Positions 9,803 to 20,141 of a stretch of DNA of 64,000 bases are shown here, piece after piece. The notes beneath the pieces were generated by a model, which made no database searches, was not told where the DNA came from, and saw only the letters and a program-made list of their open reading frames with translations. The position numbers were made by a program, and so were the translations under genes. Positions within the stretch are counted from its first letter, which is position 1. Each line of letters opens with the position of its first letter. The stretch covers positions 2,144,001 through 2,208,000 of the forward strand of contig OY760907.1 of the NCBI GenBank assembly GCA_963664195.1. The letters are read 5' to 3'. This DNA is from an uncultured candidate division Zixibacteria bacterium (GTDB lineage: Bacteria; Zixibacteria; MSB-5A5; GN15; FEB-12).

Positions 9803-11605
9803 ATGAACGAACTTGACCACATACGCAACTTCTCGATTATCGCGCACATAGACCACGGCAAGTCTACGCTCGCTGATCGGATGCTCGAATTGACCCGGAC
9901 GCTGTCTTCGCGACAGATGAAGGCCCAGGTGCTGGATTCCATGGATCTCGAGCAGGAGCGCGGCATCACTATCAAGGCTCATGCTATCCGGCTGGATTAC
10001 CTGGCACAGAGCGGCAAGTGGTACAAGTTCAATCTGATTGATACCCCCGGCCATGTAGATTTCACGTACGAAGTCAGCCGGTCGCTGGCCGCCTGCGAAG
10101 GCGCGATACTGGTGGTCGACGCCACCCAGGGCATCGAGGCGCAGACGCTGTCGAACCTGTATCTTGCGATGGAACACGATCTGGAGATTCTTCCGGTAAT
10201 CAACAAAATCGACCTGCCCAACGCCGATCCTGCGAGAGTCCGGGCGGAAGTGGTCGATCTGATCGGTTGCAGACCCGAGGAAGTGCTTGAGGTTTCCGCC
10301 AAAAAGGGCGAGGGAGTACCTGCTCTGCTTGAGGCGATTATAGATGCCTTCCCGCCCCCGACAGGGAACTCCGAGGCGCCCTTGCAGGCGATGGTTTTCG
10401 ACTCGGATTTTGACGCCTATCGTGGTGCCTGTTCGTTTGTGAAAGTGGTCAACGGAAGTCTCCGCAAAGGGGATCGGATCAAGTTCTTCTCCAACAACAA
10501 ATCTCACGAAGTGGACGAGGTCGGGTATCTGCGCCTTGCGTCGATTCCCCAGGAGGAACTTGGGACCGGCGATGTAGGCTATTTCTTCGCCTCGATCAAG
10601 GAAGTTTCTGACACTCGAATAGGCGACACGGTTACGACCGTGGTGGCGCCCGCCAAAGAGCCGTTGCCGGGGTTCGTGAATATCAAGCCGATGGTGTTTT
10701 CCGGCATTTATCCGGCGGTGGCTGAGGATTTCACACAGCTTCGCGAGGCAATCGAAAAACTCAAGCTCAACGATTCCTCGTTGACTTTTGTGCCCGAGTC
10801 ATCCTCCGCGCTGGGGTTTGGATTCCGCGTGGGATTTCTTGGTCTGTTGCATATGGAGATCATCACTGAACGGCTGTCACGGGAGTACGGTCAGACCATC
10901 ATCAATACGGTACCGAGTGTTGAGTATCAGGTACACCGAACCGACGGGTCTGTTCTTCTGGTCGACAACCCTGCCCAGATGCCGCCGGCGGGCGAGATTG
11001 ACAGCATCGATGAGCCGTATGTCGATTCCCAGATCATAGTCCCCAGCGAGTATGTCGGGACAATTATGCGACTCGGCACAGAACGTCGCGGCGAATACAA
11101 AAACACAGAGTACTTGTCACCGACGCGTGCGAATGTGAGCTACTCTTTCCCTCTGGCCGAGATTATCTTTGATTTCTACGACAAGCTGAAATCTACGACC
11201 CGCGGGTATGCCTCTTTTGACTATGGTCTGCCTTACTATCGACGGTCCGATCTGGTTAAGCTCGAAATGATGGTGAACAATGATCCGGTCGATGCTCTCT
11301 CCGTGATTATCCACCGGGACAAGGCGTATCGCTGGGGATTGAGTTTGAATGAAAAGCTCAGGAAACTGATTCCTCGTCAGATGTTCGAAGTTGTTCTTCA
11401 GGCCGCTATCGGCAGCCGGATCGTGAGTCGTGCGACTATCCACCCACTCCGCAAAAACGTAACCGCGAAGTGTTACGGCGGCGATATCAGTCGTAAGAGG
11501 AAGCTGCTCGAGAAGCAGAAAGAGGGCAAGAAGCGGATGAAGCAGATCGGTTCAGTGGAAATTCCGCAGGAGGCGTTTCTGGCTGCCCTACAGATCGAGC
11601 GATAG
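9803..11605 (+). CDS. lepA: Elongation factor 4
   Basis: [43 protein letters not shown]. Confidence 0.98.
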   Translation: MNELDHIRNFSIIAHIDHGKSTLADRMLELTRTLSSRQMKAQVLDSMDLEQERGITIKAHAIRLDYLAQSGKWYKFNLIDTPGHVDFTYEVSRSLAACEGAILVVDATQGIEAQTLSNLYLAMEHDLEILPVINKIDLPNADPARVRAEVVDLIGCRPEEVLEVSAKKGEGVPALLEAIIDAFPPPTGNSEAPLQAMVFDSDFDAYRGACSFVKVVNGSLRKGDRIKFFSNNKSHEVDEVGYLRLASIPQEELGTGDVGYFFASIKEVSDTRIGDTVTTVVAPAKEPLPGFVNIKPMVFSGIYPAVAEDFTQLREAIEKLKLNDSSLTFVPESSSALGFGFRVGFLGLLHMEIITERLSREYGQTIINTVPSVEYQVHRTDGSVLLVDNPAQMPPAGEIDSIDEPYVDSQIIVPSEYVGTIMRLGTERRGEYKNTEYLSPTRANVSYSFPLAEIIFDFYDKLKSTTRGYASFDYGLPYYRRSDLVKLEMMVNNDPVDALSVIIHRDKAYRWGLSLNEKLRKLIPRQMFEVVLQAAIGSRIVSRATIHPLRKNVTAKCYGGDISRKRKLLEKQKEGKKRMKQIGSVEIPQEAFLAALQIER

Positions 11606-11704
11606 GAATTTTCCCCTCGCGCCAATCATATATTTTCATATATTGGGCGGACGAAAAGAGTCTTGTCCCGGGGGATGCGAAAACGTAAGGAAGTCTGTTC
11701 GGAT

Positions 11705-13090
11705 ATGAAGATTGTCAAGAAAGTTGAAGAGGCGATAAACGCCAATACGCTCAAGCCGGGATCCGTCATCTATTGTGCCGGCAATGCAGCCACGCCGCAG
11801 GTCCTTCTCGGACAGCTTGCCAGAGATATGTCAATCAAGAGAGTGGCCATGTACAGTGTGCTGCTGCTGGGTGATCAGATAGACGGTCTCTTCACCGAAG
11901 AGCGGTGCCAGTCGCTTACGCACCGTGTGATTTTCAACAGCCACCTGACCCGTGGTGCGGTAAACAAGGGTTGGGCCAAGTACCACCCGATGCATCTGTC
12001 GGAGATACCGGTCTATGCCGAGCGCGAAGGTGGTCCGGATGTTGTGCTGCTTTCCGTGTCCGGTCCGGACAACGGCGGCAATTTCAGTCTTGGAACCACC
12101 GTCGAGGCTGTCCTGGCTGCGATACACTCGGCCAAAAAGCGCGGCGGACTTGTCATTGCCGAGCGAAACGTGAAGATGCCGTTTGTGTTGGGTACGACGA
12201 TTCCGGGTGAGTGGATCGATTACCTCATCGACACCGATTGCCCGCTTCCCTCCAGCCCGGTGCGTGAGCCTGATGAGCGGGCGCGACGGATCGCGAACAT
12301 TATAGCTTCGCTGTATATTTCCGACGGCACCCGCGACAAACCGGGATCGACCCTCCAATACGGAATCGGCGAGGTTCCGGAAGCGGTGACGGATGCCATA
12401 ATCAATCGAAATATCGGAGGTCTGGGTATTCACACCGAGCTATTTGCCGGCGCTATGCGAAAGCTCGTCGAGAAGGGGTTGGTCACCAATTGGTGGAAGA
12501 AGGATATTGATTTCTCGATCGCTTCGATATTTCTGGCAGAAGATCAGAAGGGCTACGAGTGGTTGGACTACAACAGCAGCGTGCAGAGTCGCGGATGCGA
12601 CTACACTAACCGGATCGACCAGATAGCGCAGCAGCCGAGAATGGTAACGATCAACAGTGCGATCGGCGTTGATCTCGCCGGTAATATCTGGGCCGACTCG
12701 CTCGATGCTCGCCGCATCTACAGTGGTGTAGGGGGGCAGGCCGATTTTATCCGTGGCGCCCAGTATTCGGAGGGCGGAGTGGCCGTCATCGCCCTCAAAG
12801 CCACGACTTCAAAAGGTCAGTCCAAGATCGTCGACCGCTGCCCGGCCGGCATTACCACTACCGCTATTCCGGCGGATAACGTCATCCTTGTCACCGAGCA
12901 CGGAGCGTTTGATCCTCGCCGTCTGAGCCTTGGTGAGCGGGCAATTGGCATCGCCCATCTGGCCGAACCCGAGGAGCGCGAGAATCTGCTGAAGATCATT
13001 CGTGACAACCCGGCCTTCCACAGACCGGATGTGACGATTCATCGCGGCAAGCCCGGCTTTGTCACCTACGACGAAGCGATGAGCATGTAG
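11705..13090 (+). CDS. Acetyl-CoA hydrolase / 4-hydroxybutyrate CoA-transferase family protein
   Basis: TLQYGIG, HTE, INSAIGVDLAG, SGVGGQADFIRGA, VTEHG; start moved to ATG 11705 (AAGGAAG upstream). Confidence 0.88.
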   Translation: MKIVKKVEEAINANTLKPGSVIYCAGNAATPQVLLGQLARDMSIKRVAMYSVLLLGDQIDGLFTEERCQSLTHRVIFNSHLTRGAVNKGWAKYHPMHLSEIPVYAEREGGPDVVLLSVSGPDNGGNFSLGTTVEAVLAAIHSAKKRGGLVIAERNVKMPFVLGTTIPGEWIDYLIDTDCPLPSSPVREPDERARRIANIIASLYISDGTRDKPGSTLQYGIGEVPEAVTDAIINRNIGGLGIHTELFAGAMRKLVEKGLVTNWWKKDIDFSIASIFLAEDQKGYEWLDYNSSVQSRGCDYTNRIDQIAQQPRMVTINSAIGVDLAGNIWADSLDARRIYSGVGGQADFIRGAQYSEGGVAVIALKATTSKGQSKIVDRCPAGITTTAIPADNVILVTEHGAFDPRRLSLGERAIGIAHLAEPEERENLLKIIRDNPAFHRPDVTIHRGKPGFVTYDEAMSM

Positions 13091-13600
13091 GTTCATACTT
13101 CGTATTGAATGCGAAATGTGTGCGGCGGAGCCTGCTGAGGTTCCGCCAGCCACTCGTGGCTTTGCAGGGGCGTTTTGCGCCGGTCCTTTTCTCTTGTCGC
13201 GGGATTCCTGACACAAATTCCGGTTCGCATTCTGAGTGTGGCTGGCCGATCGCGTCGATTACCTTTTATTGTCAGAATCTAGCAAAACACCGCGATCAAC
13301 GCGCCTGGTCTGGAAACATTTGATCGACAAAAAGCCTACTGATCTTCAGAGACCGACAACTACCGCACGTTCACGAATCGAAAAAAGAGAAACAAACAGG
13401 GATGTTGTTGCGTTTAATACGCATAACGAGGGAGCGATTTCAAAAGGGCCAAAACGAAGGGCCTGCCGCCCAGGACCCGGTCAATCGCGGCGGCTGAGTC
13501 GACATCAGAGATTCTTACACCGGCGCGTCAGACTCCGTATCAAACTGATGAACCAAAGCGTGACATAAGAGCCATACACGAATCACAAAAGGAGTGAGCT

Positions 13601-15082
13601 ATGAAACGGCACACGTGGGCTACACCGCTATTGGCGGTGGTGTTGAGTTGTTTGTTGGCGGTGGGGACCTGTCTGGCGGGATCGGGCGATGAGATTCCGA
13701 TCACGACCAAGTCGGAGAAGGCAAAAGAGCTGTACATCAAGGGCAGGGATTTGAACGAGAAGCTACGCTTCACCGATGCCCGCCCGTACTTCCAAAAGGC
13801 GGTCGCCGAGGATCCTAATTTTGCCCTGGCGCACTTCGGCCTCGCTCAGGTCGCTACCAGTGCCAAGGCGTTTTTTGAGGATATGGGCCGTGCGGTGGAA
13901 CTGGCAGGTACCGCTTCCGAGGGAGAACGCCTCCTGATTATGGGGGCTAATGCAGGTCTGGTGGGCGGCGACCCGATCAAGCAGCAGGAGCTATGGACCC
14001 AGTTGGTGAAGAAGTATCCCAAGGATAAGCGCGCTCACACTATGTTGGGCAACGCTTTTTTTGGCCAGCAGGACTGGGAGACCGCAATTACGCACTACGA
14101 AAAGGCCATTGAGATTGACTCAAAGTTCTCACCACCCTACAACCAGATGGGGTATGCGCAGAGTTCTCTGGGCAATTTCTCCAAGGCTGAATATGCGTTC
14201 AAAACTTACATTAACCTGATTCCGGACGATCCGAATCCGTACGATTCATATGCTGAACTGCTGATGAAAGCGGGTCGGTACGAGGAGTCGATCACCAATT
14301 ATCGCAAGGCGCTGGCGGTCGATCCCAAGTTCATCGCGTCGTATCTTGGTATCGCCACCGACCTGAACCTGTTGGGACGTCACGAGGAAGCCCGCAAGGA
14401 GCTTCGTAACTGCTACTCCATCGCCGAAAACGACGGTCAGCGTCGAACGGTGTACCAGGCGATGGCGGTTTCGTATGCCGACGAGGGGAACCTGGAGCAG
14501 GCTCTGGCACAGGTTAACAAACAGTATGCTCTGGCCGAGAGGATCGGCGATAAATCAGCGATGTCGGCCGATTTGATTACGGAGGGCAATATCCAACTCG
14601 AATTAGGGCAGGTCAATAAGGCTAACAGCAATTTCGAGACGGCGCTTGAACTGATTCTAGGATCGAATCTCGGGACCGACGTCAAGGAGCAGGCGAATAT
14701 CCAGCACACGTTCAATATGGCGAGGGTGGCGCTTGAACGCGGCAATATCGCGACCGCGACAAACCTGACCAACAAGTTCCAGCGGACGGTGGAGCCAATC
14801 GGCAATCCGAACCAGATCAAGCAGATGCACCAGCTGCGTGGTATGATTGCTCTGGAGACGAACGATTACACCACGGCGGTGACGGAGCTTCGCATGTCGA
14901 ACCTCCAGAATCCGTACAATCTCTTCCGACTGTCGATCGCGCTGGAATCGCGCGGTGATCGCAGTGTGGGGAGGGGCGAGCTGAAGAAGGCTGCCGAGTT
15001 CAATCAAGTGAACAGCCTGAACTACGCCCTGATTCGTGACCGTGCCAATCAGGCACTGACCCAGGACGTAATGGCGAAGTAA
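13601..15082 (+). CDS. Secreted tetratricopeptide-repeat protein
   Basis: AGGAG SD, signal peptide, repeated TPR patterns (FQKAVAEDPNFALAH, YEKAIEIDSKF, YRKALAVDPKF). Confidence 0.85.
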   Translation: MKRHTWATPLLAVVLSCLLAVGTCLAGSGDEIPITTKSEKAKELYIKGRDLNEKLRFTDARPYFQKAVAEDPNFALAHFGLAQVATSAKAFFEDMGRAVELAGTASEGERLLIMGANAGLVGGDPIKQQELWTQLVKKYPKDKRAHTMLGNAFFGQQDWETAITHYEKAIEIDSKFSPPYNQMGYAQSSLGNFSKAEYAFKTYINLIPDDPNPYDSYAELLMKAGRYEESITNYRKALAVDPKFIASYLGIATDLNLLGRHEEARKELRNCYSIAENDGQRRTVYQAMAVSYADEGNLEQALAQVNKQYALAERIGDKSAMSADLITEGNIQLELGQVNKANSNFETALELILGSNLGTDVKEQANIQHTFNMARVALERGNIATATNLTNKFQRTVEPIGNPNQIKQMHQLRGMIALETNDYTTAVTELRMSNLQNPYNLFRLSIALESRGDRSVGRGELKKAAEFNQVNSLNYALIRDRANQALTQDVMAK

Positions 15083-15096
15083 GACTTGTTTCTGAA

Positions 15097-15127
15097 CGTG
15101 CTGTCGGGTATCACACCCGACAGCACG
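15097..15127. repeat. Perfect 13-bp inverted repeat, REP-like
   Basis: CGTGCTGTCGGGT-atcac-ACCCGACAGCACG; no U-tract; related to 43451-43478. Confidence 0.75.
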
Positions 15128-15321
15128 CACATCCAGCACGCTCACACAGTATCAGTACCAGATTCCGTGACAGGCAGTGTTCCACCCCCGCCTATCCGAC
15201 GTTTTCGCGTCCCCTCCGCAGCCTTTGCGCCGGTGCAACATTCTGCTACATTGACTCGTATTAAATCGAAGCTGCTATAACAGTGTGTGTTTTCTCTATA
15301 CTAAACGACAGGAGGCTGTTT

Positions 15322-16650
15322 TTGAAAACGAGATCGATAGCCCTGGCCGTCGCATTGCTGACTCTGGCATTGGCGATACCGGCCTCGGCGGAATTCAAAC
15401 TCGATGTCCAGCAGCATCAACTGGACAACGGACTGACTATTTTGATGCTCGAAGATCACACCGCTCCGGTGATGACCTATTACACGTTTTTTAGAGTCGG
15501 AACGCGAAACGAACGGGTCGACAACAGCGGGCTGAGCCATTTCTTTGAACACATGATGTTCAACGGCGCCAAGAAATACGGCCCCAAGATATTCGATCAG
15601 GCGCTGGAAAATAACGGCGGGTACTCAAACGCCTACACCAGCAAGGACATGACGGCATACTATGAGGATTTCTCCTCCGATAAGCTGGAACTGGTTCTCG
15701 ATCTGGAATCGGACCGCATGGCCAACCTCGCGCTGGATTCGGCGATGATCGTTTCTGAGCGCGGTGTCGTTTCGGAGGAACGGCTGGTAAGCACCGACAA
15801 CGATGATTTCGGCCAGGTCTACGAGGAGCTTTTTGCGACGGCCTATATGTCGCATCCGTATGGCGGTCCGGTGCTCGGCTGGATGGAATCAATCAAGAAC
15901 TATAACCGTGAGAAATGCCTCGAGTATTTCCATACCTACTATGCGCCCAACAACGCGACCGTAATCATGGTCGGGGACTTTGATTCAAAAAAGGCCCTTG
16001 CCCTGATGCAGCAGTATTTCGGCGACATTCCCAGCGGCCCGCCGCCGCCGAAGGTCTGCCGGTTTGAGCCTGAGCAGCGCGGCGCGCGCAGAGTGATGAT
16101 CGAGAAGCCGGCGCAGTACAGTCACATTATGCGCGGCTACCATGTCGGTGATGCTCTGAGCCCCGATCTTCCCGCCCTGGAGATTCTCCAGTTCGTGCTG
16201 ACCTCCGGTCAGTCCTGTCGGATGCACCAGGCGCTGGTCGACGAGCTTGCGATTTCCCTCGGTCAGTTTGGCGGTTTCAGTTGGGGATTCGATCCGCACC
16301 TCTTTTATTTCTATCAAGCCTGTGTGCCGGGTACAGATTATCAGGTAGTCGAGCAGGCGTTTGATTCGGTGCTGGCGGATTTCATAACCAACGGCCCTAC
16401 GGAGCAGGAACTGGCCCGGGCCAAGAACAGTCTCACGGCCAACTTCTACAAGGACTTCAAGACCAACAACGGCACCGCTGAAAACATCGGCCGATATCAC
16501 ACGCTCATGGGTGATTTCAACGCCATGTATGACTTTGTGCCGAGAGTCAACGCGGTGACGGCCGAGCAGGTCAAGGATGTTGCTGCGAAGTATTTCAATC
16601 GCAAGAATTCAACGACGGTCGTCCTGGTCCCCGAAGGAGGTGCCCTGTGA
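15322..16650 (+). CDS. M16 (pitrilysin) zinc peptidase, catalytic subunit, secreted
   Basis: AGGAGG then TTG 15322; signal peptide; HFFEH inverted zinc motif; NAYTS. Confidence 0.92.
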   Translation: MKTRSIALAVALLTLALAIPASAEFKLDVQQHQLDNGLTILMLEDHTAPVMTYYTFFRVGTRNERVDNSGLSHFFEHMMFNGAKKYGPKIFDQALENNGGYSNAYTSKDMTAYYEDFSSDKLELVLDLESDRMANLALDSAMIVSERGVVSEERLVSTDNDDFGQVYEELFATAYMSHPYGGPVLGWMESIKNYNREKCLEYFHTYYAPNNATVIMVGDFDSKKALALMQQYFGDIPSGPPPPKVCRFEPEQRGARRVMIEKPAQYSHIMRGYHVGDALSPDLPALEILQFVLTSGQSCRMHQALVDELAISLGQFGGFSWGFDPHLFYFYQACVPGTDYQVVEQAFDSVLADFITNGPTEQELARAKNSLTANFYKDFKTNNGTAENIGRYHTLMGDFNAMYDFVPRVNAVTAEQVKDVAAKYFNRKNSTTVVLVPEGGAL

Positions 16651-18017
16651 AGAAACTCTTACTGGCTTGTATGATAGGCATTCTTCTCGTTGGAGCGGTC
16701 GAAGCAAAAATTACGCTTCCGAAAGCCAAAGAGACGAAGCTGGACAACGGCATTACCGTGCAGGTCGTTGAACGTCCGAAGCTGCCGCTGTTTTCTGTCC
16801 AGATGATTTTCCGGGCAGGCTCAATCTGTGATCCGGCCGGCAAGGAAGGACTTGCCAGTCTGACTAGCGCCATGCTTAAGCGCGGGACCGCAACGCGCAG
16901 CGCCAAGGAGATTGTTGAAGAGGTTGCTTTCGGTGGTGGTACGCTCGGAAGCTACTGCGGTCGCGAGAGCGCCGGATTCACCGGGGAATTTCTCAGTGCG
17001 GATGCCGAAAAAGCGATGTCTATGCTGGCTGATCTGTTGATGAACTCGACCTTTACGCAGGAAGAAATCGACAAGATCAAGACGCGCACGCTGGCCGGAC
17101 TCGAAAGCGAGCGCGATGATCCCTCGGCGGTCGCCAATCTGTCCCTGTTCGAGAACATTCTCGGAGGAAGTGCTTACGCGCACCAACCGAGCGGCACTGT
17201 TGAGTCCGTACAGAATTTGATGAGGGAAGACATCCTCGATTTTATGAACAAGTACTACACGCCCGACAACTGCATCTTGATCATCTGCGGTGATATCAGT
17301 GCCAATGATGCCGCGACTTGGGCCAAAACCTACTTCAAGGATTGGCACGGAAGAGCGGACGCGGTTCCTTTGCCGGATGCTTTTGCGACTGTCAATGGCA
17401 AGGACGTGTTGCTGCTGGACAAAGTCGACGCCTCCCAGACACAGATCCGAATCGGCATCGAAGGCCTCCCGATAGGTCACCCTGATTTCTTCGCGCTTGA
17501 AGTTGCACGGACGATTTACGCGGGCACGTTTACGTCACGATTGATGGATGAGATTCGTGTCAATAGGGGCTTGTCATACGGTGTGAGTTGCGTTTGCAGT
17601 CGTTATCGTCCGGGAGGACTGGTGTACGTAACGACTTTCACCAAGAACGAATCGGTCGGCGAAGTGGTCGATATCATTCTGAGCGAGGCCGACCGTATGC
17701 AGACTGAGCCGTTGACCGACGATGAATTGGCCGGTACGATCAACTACAAGACCGGGCTGTACCCGCTTGGTTTCGAGACCAACGATGATATTGCCGACGT
17801 CTATGCGGCGATGTGGTTGAACGGAACAGACAGGTCGTACTACGAGGATTATCAGGAGACGATCCGGAAGATCACCAAGGACGACGTTTTGGCTGCCGCA
17901 AAGAAGTATTTCCCGAAAGACCGCTACCGTCTGGTGCTGGTGGGTAAAGCCGACGAAGTTCAGGCTCAGGCCGAGAAGTTTGGTCCTGTGACAGTCAGAT
18001 CGGTGACTGAATTATAG
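16647..18017 (+). CDS. M16 peptidase, non-catalytic partner subunit, secreted
   Basis: Overlaps the previous stop; no HXXEH; RVNRGLSY (R/Y pair). Confidence 0.9.
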   Translation: MKKLLLACMIGILLVGAVEAKITLPKAKETKLDNGITVQVVERPKLPLFSVQMIFRAGSICDPAGKEGLASLTSAMLKRGTATRSAKEIVEEVAFGGGTLGSYCGRESAGFTGEFLSADAEKAMSMLADLLMNSTFTQEEIDKIKTRTLAGLESERDDPSAVANLSLFENILGGSAYAHQPSGTVESVQNLMREDILDFMNKYYTPDNCILIICGDISANDAATWAKTYFKDWHGRADAVPLPDAFATVNGKDVLLLDKVDASQTQIRIGIEGLPIGHPDFFALEVARTIYAGTFTSRLMDEIRVNRGLSYGVSCVCSRYRPGGLVYVTTFTKNESVGEVVDIILSEADRMQTEPLTDDELAGTINYKTGLYPLGFETNDDIADVYAAMWLNGTDRSYYEDYQETIRKITKDDVLAAAKKYFPKDRYRLVLVGKADEVQAQAEKFGPVTVRSVTEL

Positions 18018-18058
18018 TCGAAAGCCACTGAATGCCCGCCCCGGGCGGGAAAACTCTC

Positions 18059-18095
18059 AAACCTGCCTCGATACACCTCGGGGCAGGTTTTTTCT
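18059..18095 (+). terminator. Intrinsic terminator after the M16 pair
   Basis: AAACCTGCCTCGA-tacacc-TCGGGGCAGGTTT plus T-run. Confidence 0.8.
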
Positions 18096-18176
18096 TGCCG
18101 CAGAACCGCGGATTCTCCCTGCTTGCCTATCCTGCTGACTACCGTATATTCCGGGCAAATAAGCACCCCTCGCAGT

Positions 18177-18203
18177 TAAGAAAGTGTGGGGCAAAACCGA
18201 TAA
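18177..18203 (+). promoter_or_regulatory. Possible sigma28-type promoter before lepB
   Basis: TAAG-N15-ACCGATAA; a sigma70-like TTGCCT-N16-TATATT also lies at 18123-18150. Confidence 0.45.
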
Positions 18204-18213
18204 CTATTTATGT

Positions 18214-18939
18214 ATGGATCAAGACTTCTTAATACAAGAGCACAAGCAGGCTGAGACTCAAAAAGAGGCTCGCAAGGTCCTGCAGCGGAAAGAGCGCAAG
18301 CCGCTCTGGCGTGAGTATGTCGAAACGGCCGTGATCGCCCTCGTGGCAGCGGTGCTGCTTCGCGTATTCGTGGTGTCAGCCTATCGGGTGAATTCCTCCT
18401 CAATGGAAGATACGCTCTTCAACGGCGATTACATTTTCGTCAATAAGCTGGCATATGAATACGGTACTGACCCGAAGATCGGGGATATCATTGTTTTCAA
18501 GTATCCCAACAACCCCGAAAAGGACTTCATCAAGCGGGTTGTGGCCGGACCGGGTCAGACGGTGCAGGTGGCAGACAAGGTGCTCTACGTGGATGGCGAC
18601 GTTGCCGAAATTCCGACTCTGTCGAAACACATCGACAAGCGGATTATCCCCGGAGATTTGTCTTTCCGGGACAATTTTGCGACGTACACCGTGCCGGAAG
18701 GACAGTATTTCGTGGTTGGGGACAACCGCGATGACAGCCGCGACAGCCGTTTTTGGGGGGGCGTACCCCGCGAGAACATCAAAGGCAAGGCGGTATTTGT
18801 GTACTGGTCCTGGGAGCCGGACGCCGATCCGCCGGGATGGGAGTTTCCATACGTGATCAATGCGGTGCAGTGGCTGGGCCACGGGTTGATAAATTTCCCG
18901 ACCCATGTTCGCTGGAGCCGGATTGCCACCCCTATCTAA
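18214..18939 (+). CDS. lepB: Signal peptidase I
   Basis: SSSMEDTL (Ser), FIKRV (Lys), GDNRDDSRDSR. Confidence 0.95.
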   Translation: MDQDFLIQEHKQAETQKEARKVLQRKERKPLWREYVETAVIALVAAVLLRVFVVSAYRVNSSSMEDTLFNGDYIFVNKLAYEYGTDPKIGDIIVFKYPNNPEKDFIKRVVAGPGQTVQVADKVLYVDGDVAEIPTLSKHIDKRIIPGDLSFRDNFATYTVPEGQYFVVGDNRDDSRDSRFWGGVPRENIKGKAVFVYWSWEPDADPPGWEFPYVINAVQWLGHGLINFPTHVRWSRIATPI

Positions 18940-18944
18940 GATCA

Positions 18945-20141
18945 ATGTCATTCGGCTTATATCTTCATTTTCCCTTCTGTCGTAACAAGTGCGCCTACTG
19001 CGATTTCTATAAGGAAGTCTATGACGTCGATCTCGAAGTGCGCTTCTACGAAGCCCTTGAAGTCGAGACCCGTCTCGCCGCAGAGGCGCTCGAAACCGAT
19101 GATCGCGATATCTCGACGCTTTACGTGGGGGGCGGGACGCCCTCGCTGGCCAATCTCCGTTTGTTCGGCGACTGGTTGGAGCAATTGCAGTGGGTATTTT
19201 CGATCCCGAGTCGGATTGAATTCTCGTTTGAGTGTAATCCGGAGTCGGTCGACAGGGAGATGCTGGAAGAACTCCGTCGATTGGGAGTGAACCGCCCCAT
19301 ATTCGGCATGCAGTCATTCAATCAGAAGCTGCTGAAAACGCTGGGGCGAAAGCACCGGGTGCGGGATTCACATCGTGCGGTGTACCTCGCGAATGCATTG
19401 GGATTCGACAATTTCGGCACCGATCTGATATTCGGGCTGCCGAGGCAAACCGGGAAGCTACTATCGGCTGATCTTGACCATCTGATCGCTCTGGACCCGC
19501 CGCACATTTCATTCTATCAGCTCACGGTCGAGCCGGGAACGGTGTTGGCGGAGAAGGTCGAGTCGGGCAAACTGAAGATACCGGATGATGAATTATCGTA
19601 TGCCATGTACCGTGGTGGGGTCGAGTATCTGGCCGAATGCGGCTACGAACGATACGAGGTGTCTTCGTTTGCCAAGCCCGGGTTTGAGTGTCGTCACAAT
19701 CAAGGGTACTGGGAGGGGAAAGACTATCTTGGTCTTGGCCCCTCGGCACATTCGTTCATGGGCGGAAGACGATTTGCGAACTCGCCTGATTTCAGAGAGT
19801 ACGTGACTTCGCTGGACAAGGGGGAGAGGCCGGTTGTGGTCGACGAGTCGGGAGTCAAAGAGCGCATAGTCGAGACGATTATGCTGGGACTGCGAACGTC
19901 GAGAGGGATCGACCGTCGGGCGTTCAAGCGGAAGTTCGGGCACAGAATCGACAAGTATATCAAGCGGGACAATCTCGACATATTGCTGACGTCGGGGCAC
20001 CTGATGTCTGACGACAACGGACTTCGCCTGACCGACGAGGGGTTTTTCCTCGCCGATGAAATCATTCAGCGTCTGGTGAAGTGCCCCGTTAAATCTGGAA
20101 ACGATCCACCATTTGTTGCAGACTGCTGGCCTGACGGCTAA
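18945..20141 (+). CDS. hemW: Radical SAM heme chaperone HemW
   Basis: [34 protein letters not shown]; start ATG 18945. Confidence 0.9.
   Translation: MSFGLYLHFPFCRNKCAYCDFYKEVYDVDLEVRFYEALEVETRLAAEALETDDRDISTLYVGGGTPSLANLRLFGDWLEQLQWVFSIPSRIEFSFECNPESVDREMLEELRRLGVNRPIFGMQSFNQKLLKTLGRKHRVRDSHRAVYLANALGFDNFGTDLIFGLPRQTGKLLSADLDHLIALDPPHISFYQLTVEPGTVLAEKVESGKLKIPDDELSYAMYRGGVEYLAECGYERYEVSSFAKPGFECRHNQGYWEGKDYLGLGPSAHSFMGGRRFANSPDFREYVTSLDKGERPVVVDESGVKERIVETIMLGLRTSRGIDRRAFKRKFGHRIDKYIKRDNLDILLTSGHLMSDDNGLRLTDEGFFLADEIIQRLVKCPVKSGNDPPFVADCWPDG

Noticed and set aside
16647..18017. M16 subunit without HXXEH as a novel pseudo-enzyme
   Set aside because: Normal for heterodimeric M16B peptidases
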